Assembly: GCA_046735395.1 (NCBI GenBank)
Contig: JBJKQR010000007.1
Coordinates: forward strand, 1-21,947
Direction of reading: 5' to 3'
DNA length: 21,947 nucleotides
DNA from: Fidelibacterota bacterium
Lineage (GTDB): Bacteria > Fidelibacterota > Fidelibacteria > Fidelibacterales > DSDE01
Shown: positions 8,229-16,184 of the stretch, in pieces
Layout of the letters: each line of letters begins with the position of its first letter
Numbering within the stretch: the stretch's first letter is position 1
Position numbers and translations under genes: made by a program
The notes under the pieces: model-generated
The model's database searches: none
Seen by the model: only the letters and a program-made list of their open reading frames with translations
What the model was told of the DNA's origin: nothing

Positions 8229-9376
8229 AACCCTTTGCATTCAGAAAATTATGGTCGGTGGCCGGTACGGAGTCAGCGGTATCGGATCGGGTGAGAACAA
8301 ATCTGGGGAACGTGGCGGAGGAGCAGATTTCACCGGAGCAGGTTGAGTCCCTGTATTCCCGGAGCCTTACAGAAGGGAAAAAGGAAATATTGCTGACCGA
8401 ACATGCAGGGGCAGCCTTCAAACCCTGTCCGGGTACGGACGAAAAGTATCTCTGCTGCAATTACTGGGTGCTCAACCAGGCCACCAACTGCCCCATTGAC
8501 TGCAGTTACTGCATTCTGCAATATTACCTGACCAATCCGGTTCTGACCATCTATACCAATATAGACAGCATGAAGGAGGAAATCCGGGCCCGGGTCTCAG
8601 CAGAGCCTCAGCGCTTTTTCCGGATCGGGACGGGTGAACTGGCGGACAGTCTGGCCGTGGATCCCGTCAGCGGCGCAGCGTCGGATCTGATTCGTTTCGC
8701 GGCAGCCGAAAAGCGTTTTCTGCTGGAGCTGAAGACCAAATCGGATCACATTGACCAGCTGCTGGAGCTTCCTCACGAAGGATATACCGTTCTGGCCTGG
8801 TCCCTGAATCCGCCCCGGATCATTCGTGAAGAGGAACATAAATCCGCCTCGCTGGAGGAGCGGCTCAGCGCGGCTCAGCGTGCCATGAAGGCCGGATACA
8901 AACTGGCATTTCATTTTGATCCCCTGATTCATTACCCGGAGTGGGAAGCGGATTACGAGGAACTTGTACGTACGTTGTTCAAGTATGTCGATCCGGCTGC
9001 CATCGCCTGGATTTCGCTGGGCAGCCTGCGCTATCCCCCGGAAATGAAGAGCAAAGCCCGGGAGAAATTTCCCTCTTCGCCCATTTTCCTCGGTGAAATG
9101 ATCCGGGGAAAAGATAATAAGATGCGCTATTTCAAGGGAATCCGCCTTCCTATGTTTCAGAAGATGGTGTCCTGGCTGAAGAGCTACGGCAGCCCGGATC
9201 TCTTTCTGTATTTCTGCATGGAGGACCGGGAGGTCTGGGAGCGAAGCCAGGGCTTTGTCCCGCGCAGCAACGCTCACCTGGAATATTTGTTCATCGAGTC
9301 CCTGATGCGGCGTTTTCCGGATCTTGCCATTCCCGCTCCGGATGAAGAGGCGTATGAGACTTTTGCGACCCGCTGA
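8225..9376 (+). CDS. Spore photoproduct lyase (SplB)-family radical SAM protein
   Basis: CPIDCSYC (CxxxCxxC), ELKTKS, WSLNP, ASLEERLSAA, FHFDPL and YFCME. GTG start overlaps the upstream TGA. Confidence 0.88.
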   Translation: MKPFAFRKLWSVAGTESAVSDRVRTNLGNVAEEQISPEQVESLYSRSLTEGKKEILLTEHAGAAFKPCPGTDEKYLCCNYWVLNQATNCPIDCSYCILQYYLTNPVLTIYTNIDSMKEEIRARVSAEPQRFFRIGTGELADSLAVDPVSGAASDLIRFAAAEKRFLLELKTKSDHIDQLLELPHEGYTVLAWSLNPPRIIREEEHKSASLEERLSAAQRAMKAGYKLAFHFDPLIHYPEWEADYEELVRTLFKYVDPAAIAWISLGSLRYPPEMKSKAREKFPSSPIFLGEMIRGKDNKMRYFKGIRLPMFQKMVSWLKSYGSPDLFLYFCMEDREVWERSQGFVPRSNAHLEYLFIESLMRRFPDLAIPAPDEEAYETFATR

Positions 9377-9507
9377 ATGGGCCCGGGGGCTGGATCCGAT
9401 TTCGCCCTTTGAGTATGATTTGGGATATTTTATTTGTATCTTCATCACAAATTTCATGGAACGAGTAAGCAACATTAAACCAAACATTGAAAACTCAGGA
9501 GTTCACA

Positions 9508-10998
9508 GTGTATAAGAAAATCGGAATTCCCCTGCTGCTTATTGCCTTTGAGGGCTATATGTACACCCTCAGCCGAAACTGGTTTGTCGGACTGCTGCCG
9601 GTCATCGCCATCGGCCTGGTCTCCTACATTTATTCTCTGAATAATCCCATGAATCATGACAGATCATTCCGCATCCGGTCCTACTGGAACTGGATGCCGC
9701 TGGGACTGACCTATGCGCTGCTCTACATGGGACGTTATAATCTGACGGTTGCAAAGAATGCCTTCGGCAGTATGATGCCCAAGGAAATGTTCGGCATCGT
9801 TTTCGGTGTGGGGGCACTGGTCTACGGCCTGGCCTTCATCATCAACGGCCCGCTGTCCGACCGGATCGGCGGAAAGAAGGCCATGCTCATCGGAGCCAGC
9901 GGCGCTGCTCTGGCGAACCTGCTCATGGGCTGGGCCACGCACGCGATTCTGACCGACCCCAATCTGTCAGCCGGCCATCCCCATCTGAATATTCTGGGTA
10001 TCCGCATGTCGCTGCAGACCCTGTTTATCCTGCTCTACGGGCTGAATATGTATTTCCAGAGTTTCGGCGCCGTGGCCATCGTCAAGGTGAACAGCGCCTG
10101 GTTTCATATCCGCGAACGGGGAATGTTCGGCGCGATCTTCGGTGTTCTCATTTCCCTCGGTATCTATCTGGCCTTTGATCTGAATGAAATGTTCCTTCGG
10201 GTCACGGAAATGGCTGACGGCAGCTTCAAGACCTGGGTTGTCTTCTTTATCCCGGCGGTGGCGCTGCTGGCCTTTATCGTTATTGATTTCTTTGCGGTGA
10301 AGGACAATCCGGTGGAAGCCGGTTTTCCGGCTCTCGATGTGGCGGACGCGTCCAGCGGCGAGGAAAATCAGACCTACAGCACCGTGGGCATTTTCAAGAA
10401 ACTCTTCAGCAACCCCATCATCCTCATTATTCTGGCCATCGAGTTTTCCTCCGGCGTGCTGCGGAACGGCATCATGCACTGGGGAATCATTTTTGCCCAG
10501 GAAGTGGGCGCTCATGGAAGTGACATCTTCTTCCAGAACTGGGGCCTGGTGCTCATGATTGCCGGAATTTCCGGTGGTTTCTTTGCCGGCTTCGTGTCCG
10601 ATAAACTGTTTCAGTCCCGCCGCGGGCCGTCGGCATTCTTTCTCTATGGCGGCATGTTCCTCGGTATGGTCGTCATGCTGTTTGCCGTCCGCTTCCGGAT
10701 TTACGGCCTCATCGGCTTTCTGTCCTTTTTCATGAGCATGTGCGTCATCGGTGTTCACGGCATGCTGTCCGGAACGGCTTCCATGGATTTCGGCGGAACG
10801 AAGGCGGCTGCCACGGCGACAGGGATCATCGACGGATTTGTCTACCTGGGAACCGGTTTTCAGTCTGCGGCCCTGGGATATATCATTCCCCATTTCGGCT
10901 GGAATCTGTGGCCCATCTTTCTGATTCCCTTCACGCTGGTCGGGCTCTATTTTACCCGCAGAATCTGGAACGCCTTTCCCAACGCGAAAAAGAAATAA
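9508..10998 (+). CDS. MFS transporter, OPA (GlpT/UhpC-like organophosphate) family, with two extra N-terminal TM helices
   Basis: YMGRYN, GPLSDRIGGK, WFHIRERG, GFVSDKLFQSRR and TATGIIDGFVYLG. AGGAG RBS before GTG 9508 (the ORF opens at 9487). Confidence 0.88.
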   Translation: MYKKIGIPLLLIAFEGYMYTLSRNWFVGLLPVIAIGLVSYIYSLNNPMNHDRSFRIRSYWNWMPLGLTYALLYMGRYNLTVAKNAFGSMMPKEMFGIVFGVGALVYGLAFIINGPLSDRIGGKKAMLIGASGAALANLLMGWATHAILTDPNLSAGHPHLNILGIRMSLQTLFILLYGLNMYFQSFGAVAIVKVNSAWFHIRERGMFGAIFGVLISLGIYLAFDLNEMFLRVTEMADGSFKTWVVFFIPAVALLAFIVIDFFAVKDNPVEAGFPALDVADASSGEENQTYSTVGIFKKLFSNPIILIILAIEFSSGVLRNGIMHWGIIFAQEVGAHGSDIFFQNWGLVLMIAGISGGFFAGFVSDKLFQSRRGPSAFFLYGGMFLGMVVMLFAVRFRIYGLIGFLSFFMSMCVIGVHGMLSGTASMDFGGTKAAATATGIIDGFVYLGTGFQSAALGYIIPHFGWNLWPIFLIPFTLVGLYFTRRIWNAFPNAKKK

Positions 10999-11202
10999 TC
11001 CGTCGCTGCCGCCCCTATCAGGCTGAACAGCGTTATATTCCTGTAGATCTGACTATTTTTTGGAGCCCGATGCAATCCGGATGATTTCGGGCTGTTGGCC
11101 GGAATATGGATCCGAAGGAATTTCTGCCGGAGCAATGTTCAGAATAATTTATACAAAATACAATCGCGGGTCCGTGAGAGTCTGAAGGGCAGATAATATG
11201 TA

Positions 11203-11865
11203 TTATTTCAGGCTGCCATCCTGAGTTGTTTCGATGGCGGATGCAATTTTAGGATATTTTTTCCGAAGACAGGTGGGACAGATGGTGTGGCTGAAATCCA
11301 GGCCCTGGTTTTTATGGAGATATTCCTCCAGCTGGACATAATAGCCCTCGTCATCGCGGATATTGTGACAGTAGGAACAGATGGGGAGGAAGCCGCGCAG
11401 AGTGTGAACTTCATCCAGCGCTTTCCGGAGATCCACAATAAGCTGATCTTTTTTCTTCTGTTCTGCTTCCAGCATTTTCTGAACCCGGATAATTTCCACG
11501 CTGCGGTCGATGGCCTCATATAATTTATCCAGATTGATGGGCTTGAATACATAATTATGAACACCCAGTTCAATGGCCTTCACTAAGTACTGTATGTCGC
11601 TGTGAGCGGTGGTAATGATGAATTTGGGAGTGTGGCCGCTTTTTCCGATTTCACCGATCATCTGCAGTCCGTCCATCACCGGCATACGGATATCGCTGAT
11701 GATCAGATCGGGATTATTATCCATGAAGAGTTTCAAACCCTTCTGGCCGTTTTCGGCCAGGTGAAAGTCATCAAAAAGGCCGGACAGAATCATTTCCATC
11801 TCTTCTCTGGCGCTGTGGTCGTCCTCCACATACAAACATGAGATCCCCGCATATTTCTTTGTCAT
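11203..11865 (-). CDS. Response regulator: receiver domain, coiled coil and C-terminal CxxC...CxxC domain
   Basis: YVEDD, ISDIRMPVMDG (phospho-Asp), TTAH and KP; C-terminus LPICSYC...FSHTICPTC. Overlaps the kinase stop by 4 nt. Confidence 0.92.
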   Translation of the reverse strand: MTKKYAGISCLYVEDDHSAREEMEMILSGLFDDFHLAENGQKGLKLFMDNNPDLIISDIRMPVMDGLQMIGEIGKSGHTPKFIITTAHSDIQYLVKAIELGVHNYVFKPINLDKLYEAIDRSVEIIRVQKMLEAEQKKKDQLIVDLRKALDEVHTLRGFLPICSYCHNIRDDEGYYVQLEEYLHKNQGLDFSHTICPTCLRKKYPKIASAIETTQDGSLK

Positions 11866-14393
11866 GCCTGTTCTCCGTTCATTTCATAAATGGGCAGTTC
11901 GATGCAGATGCGTGCTCCATTTTCCTGAAATAGTGAATAGATTTTTCCGTACATATGCTCTTCAATCATAATTTTTGACATATAGAGGCCCAATCCGGTT
12001 CCCTTCGATTCATCCTTGGTTGTAAAATAGGGCTCAAAAATCCGGTTTTCCACGTCTGTTGACAGTCCGGATCCATTATCAGAAATACAGAGCCGCAGAA
12101 ACGTGTCATTCCGGGAGAATTCAAAGCGGATCTGCCCCGGTACTTCTTGCTCCTGATCCGCCTCATCGCGCAGCTGAAGAATGGCATCCTTGGCATTATT
12201 GATCAGATTCATGATCACATGTTCGAATTCATTCTTAAAACCGAAAACAAGATGGGCCGGCTCGGGAGCGACTGCGGAATTGATGGTGTAGACCTGATCT
12301 GTAATCCGGCTGTCCAGATTGCATTCAATGCTGTTTGCCTCCAGCTGGGCAGAAAACAGGGACAGAACTTCCAGCGCGGCCGCGACGGCGTCAAACGCGG
12401 TGCGTTCCTTGGCAGGATTGAAAAAATTCCGGAAATCGTCAATAGTCCGGGACATGAGCTGTATCCGGTCCATGGATTTTGCAATCATCCGAATGAGGTC
12501 GTCCTCCGTCAGATTTTTCTGCAGGTATTGGAGCTTAAGGTTCTGCAGCACCAGAGCGAGTGCATTGAGGGGCTGACGCCACTGGTGAGCGATGGCGCCG
12601 ATCATTTCTCCCATGGCCGCCAGCTTGGACTGCTGTATGAACATGTGTTCATTCTTCCGGCGCAGCGCCACCTCTTCCTCGACTTTCAGGGAAAGATTGT
12701 CGGTCAGTTCCTGAAGTTCCTTCGTCCGGTCCGTGACCCGCTTCTCCAGGGTCTCGTTATTCTGCTGGATATTCTGAAACTGGCGGTGAAGCTCAATGGC
12801 GGCATTCCGGTAATTTGTGATCAGATCGTTCATTTCCATTATAGTGCTTTCAGGCCAGTCGATATTTCCTTCATCCTCAATACGTGCAATGATCTCAGAC
12901 GAAATGGAAGCCAGCTTGGAGGGTGTGCGTGCCAGGTAGGCGCTGACGATGGAGGAAACGATGATGGAGATAAGAAAGAGGATGGAAATGAGGATAAGGC
13001 TTTTGATGGACTGATTATAGATGGCATCCCGGAAGGGTTCCACTGAGGCCTCGGCAACAATCGTCCAGGAGGTATTGGCCACCGGAAGCTCGCTGAAATA
13101 GATGGCCGATCTCCATGTATCCATGGCCGAGATATTCCTTTTATTCCCGGACATCCAGATCCTGACCGGGCCACCCTGATCGGAGATATTGCCCTCCGTT
13201 TTTAGAAAATAGGGCGTGAGCGGCTCCCGGTTATTTCCCGTACTGCAGATAATATTCAATTCATCATCATAGACAGTGATCTGAAAGCTGTCGCCGTAGT
13301 GATTTGCCCGGAGAAGTTCCCGCATTTTGTTGAGATCTATGGCCCCCAGGCCGAAGCCCATGAAGCGGCCGTTCTGCAGTGCCGGACTGCTGATGGAGAA
13401 AATGGGAACGAAGACACCGCCGCGGGCACGGAAGACTCTAGAAATATAAGGCGTCCGGGTGCGTTTTAGGGTCTTGTACTAAGCGCGATCGGAAAAGTCG
13501 AGGCCGATGGTCGACTGACCGCGTTCATTGACAGGCGGATAAAAGCCTTTTGTGACGGCCAGGCTGTCCGCCACATAGATATTATGGAAATCGGGATAAA
13601 CAGATTTGATGAATTTCAGGTCACGCTGCAGCCCGGATGAAGGCTGAAATCCGTACTCCAGCCCTTTTTTTGCAATAATATCCACACCCAGTGTCATTCT
13701 GTCCAGCCAGTTTTCCAGATTGGATTTTGCCTCATGAACTTCGGAGACGGCCGTATCTTCGAACATCTGTCGGTAATGGGCCAGTTCACTGAAATTCGAA
13801 GCGAGGGCCAGGGTCAGGCTGGGAATCATGAGAAACAGGGTGGTCAGATGAAAAATGAGCAGGGAAAAGGGAACTTTCTCTGCCTGGTGCTTTTCGATTC
13901 CGAAAGCCCGCGCAAGGGGGGTGTGATAGATGAGAATGCTGGCGATCATGGCATTGAAGATACCGTTCACGGACTGCTTGAGAAAGATGATGAGCGTGGC
14001 CTGCATCCCGAGCGACATAATGAAATAGTAAAAGAGAAAAATGAGCGGCAGGCCCAGAACGAACCAGAACACGGCATCGGAGAGAATGATATTCTTCCGC
14101 TTCCGCTGAACCTGCAGTGTCAGCCAGATGATTTCAGCCGTAAAGATGAGGATGGCGTAGGGATGGTTCCAGAGGATATAGGTATAGCTCGAAGTGATGA
14201 GAGAGGTGATGATGCCGGCGCCCATCCCCAGAAAATAACAGCTGATGATGACGAAAATGCTGCCGAAGAGAAAGTTCACAGAGAAACCGATGGGCAGGGT
14301 GAAAATATTTCCCAGCAGGCCCAGCGCCGAAAGCAGCAGAATAGCGATGACTTTCTTCCCCATACCGGACATTTTTATCTGCATAGGTCTCAT
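11862..14393 (-). pseudogene. Sensor histidine kinase (multi-TM N-terminus, dCache, TM, HAMP-like/coiled coil, HisKA, HATPase) interrupted by one in-frame TAG at 13479-13481
   Basis: ORFs 13479-14393 and 11862-13361 share a frame. The gap translates cleanly as LDFSDRA*YKTLKRTRTPYISRVFRARGGVFVPIFSISSPALQNGRFMG. H-box AIAHQWRQPL, N-box NLINNAKDA, DNGSG, and FEPYFTTK...GTGLGL are intact. Confidence 0.85.
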
Positions 14394-14486
14394 TATTGCG
14401 TTTTCATTGAATCAGTTATGCACTGCTCCAACAGACATGATAATATAAACCGGATTGCATCCTTCAGTCAAGCGGCAAGCATTTTT

Positions 14487-14514
14487 AGTTCAGAGGTTCA
14501 GAAGTTCAGAGGTT
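14487..14514. repeat. 8-mer tandem repeat (RGTTCAGA)x3.5
   Basis: agttcaga-ggttcaga-agttcaga-ggtt, followed by a G run. Confidence 0.7.
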
Positions 14515-14719
14515 GGGGGGGTTCCGGAGAAGAAAACAGTTCCGGATTGCGCGAATCATTCTTAAATTTATCCCGTTGAAGTGAGTGCACTGATTAAGTG
14601 ATCGGATTGCGGCTTCCCCGGAGGGGATGGCGGGTTGTGAATGGGGTTTCAAAGGGGCGGAATTGTTGTTGGATAGAATCCCGGCCGGGCGAAACGATGA
14701 AGAACATGGGAGGATGAAA

Positions 14720-15655
14720 ATGAACACATGGATGCCTGCACGAATCATGGGGCTTATATTGATCACCACAGCCCTGCTGTTTTCTGAAGGAATGACAAAT
14801 AAATCAGAAGAATTTTCAGAAACAGACTCCATTCGCCACGACAGGCTCATGGTCTTGGCCGGGCTTCCCCTTGTCATTTCATCTGTTCCGGCTGGAATGA
14901 TATATTCAGCTGAAATATTCGGATTATTATACGAGCTGAAGTTGCCTGTAAACTCCGATGTACTGGGTGGTGCGGCATTTATCGGATCTGTAGGGTACAT
15001 GACCGTTGTCGGCAGTGCCATAGGCCGGAGTCGGAACCGAAACGGGAACAATCCGCAGATTTATCTTGGTATTCATACGAATTTTACAATTTCCGACCAT
15101 AAAAAATCGACTCCGGGAACGGGTTATGGAATTCAGTTCAGCATCCTGCATAAACCCTTTACAAAACATCTGATGCTCCGAAGCGGATGGAATGTATACT
15201 ATAGGTGTTTTACCCTGAAAGACATTACATACGAATATCATGCCAGTGATATAGGGGAGCCCGGTGTAGAATACGGCAGCGCAGATTTATATTTTATTGC
15301 ACTGGAATATTCGGCTCCCGTTGAAATAATATATCGAAGACAGTTAAGGGAAAACAGAGCGCTGCTGTTGGGCCTGGGAGAAAGTTTCGGATTTCAGCTG
15401 TCCGGCGGCGGGCTGGATAATAAAAAAATACATGATGTGGAATCCCCTGAAATTATCGGATACAGGTTACACAATTATAATGTTGTTACATCCCAGTTCA
15501 TTCTTTCTGCAGGATATGCGGTAAACAGGCATTTATTTGAAATTTCCTTTACGCGGGACTGGCTCTGGGTTGACATGGATGCAGGAGGAATGAGACTGGA
15601 TGACAAGGTAAACAGCCTGTTTCTTCAGTATAACTATCGCTTGTTTTTCAGGTAA
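14720..15655 (+). CDS. Hypothetical exported protein with a C-terminal small outer-membrane beta-barrel (PorT/OmpA-barrel-like)
   Basis: GGAGG RBS before ATG 14720; signal-like N-terminus; alternating beta strands (GYGIQFSI, LEYSAPVEIIY, FILSAGY, LFEISF) ending SLFLQYNYRLFFR. The DNA is AT-richer than neighbours by eye. Confidence 0.6.
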   Translation: MNTWMPARIMGLILITTALLFSEGMTNKSEEFSETDSIRHDRLMVLAGLPLVISSVPAGMIYSAEIFGLLYELKLPVNSDVLGGAAFIGSVGYMTVVGSAIGRSRNRNGNNPQIYLGIHTNFTISDHKKSTPGTGYGIQFSILHKPFTKHLMLRSGWNVYYRCFTLKDITYEYHASDIGEPGVEYGSADLYFIALEYSAPVEIIYRRQLRENRALLLGLGESFGFQLSGGGLDNKKIHDVESPEIIGYRLHNYNVVTSQFILSAGYAVNRHLFEISFTRDWLWVDMDAGGMRLDDKVNSLFLQYNYRLFFR

Positions 15656-15689
15656 AATACAGGATTGCAAACATAGGCACTTGGGCCGC

Positions 15690-15967
15690 AGTGAAATTTC
15701 CCTCAGCTTAGAAAAGTCAGAAGATGTGGAAATAATTATAGACCAAATGGGCCTGAACGTCCTTGAAATCCCCCGGGAAGCACTGTGTCTGGCCGGCAAG
15801 GTTTTCCTGCATATCGAAGAAATAAAGGATCGAAGCGATCAGCATTGCCCGATTTTTTCATTGCTGCACATGCGGCCGTCGCGTTAATTGATCGGATAAC
15901 CCGTGATGTTTCAAGGTAAATGACCTGCTATCCCAACGTGAATCTGGGCATGCCGGATTTCAGGTAA
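15690..15967 (+). pseudogene. vapC: Decayed VapC/PIN-domain toxin (5'-truncated, one frameshift, one internal stop)
   Basis: One frame reads SEISLSLEKSEDVEIIIDQMGLNVLEIPREALCLAGKVFL. After a shift at about 15810-15812 another frame reads YRRNKGSKRSALPDFFIAAHAAVALIDRITRDVSR*MTCYPNVNLGMPD. This matches the PIN subfamily pattern ALFLAGKAF..YRR..LPDFFIGAHA..LTRD..RY..YFP. Confidence 0.85.
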
Positions 15968-16024
15968 ATCTGCATTTTATTGATAAAACGAATGATAGAT
16001 GCGGGATTGTGGAGATACACCATT

Positions 16025-16052
16025 GTAGAGACATACCATTTTGTGTCTCTAC
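16025..16052. repeat. GTAG-family REP-like palindrome
   Basis: GTAGAGACAtaccattttgTGTCTCTAC, with a degenerate copy of the left half at 16006-16021. Confidence 0.75.
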
Positions 16053-16150
16053 TACAGAATAATACCAGGCCTGTCAATCAAAAACAGACCCACAATCGTG
16101 CGGCATTATTTCCCTTCAATAACCCGCATCCCAAGGGGCGTTTTGTGGGC

Positions 16151-16179
16151 TTGCCGGAGGAGGGGAAAAAGCGTAATTT
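16151..16179 (+). promoter_or_regulatory. sigma70-like promoter of rsmE-hinT-smc (probably leaderless)
   Basis: TTGCCG - 17 bp - TAATTT, with ATG 16185 five nt downstream. Confidence 0.5.
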
Positions 16180-16184
16180 CCGCC

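Noticed and set aside
11064..11093. Hairpin agcccga...tcgggct as a bidirectional terminator between the MFS gene and the regulator
   Set aside because: No U tract follows it on either strand, so it is not supportable as an intrinsic terminator.
11365..11379. CSYCH in the response regulator as a heme c site
   Set aside because: The protein is cytoplasmic with no export signal, and the motif pairs with a downstream CPTC as a likely metal-binding knuckle.
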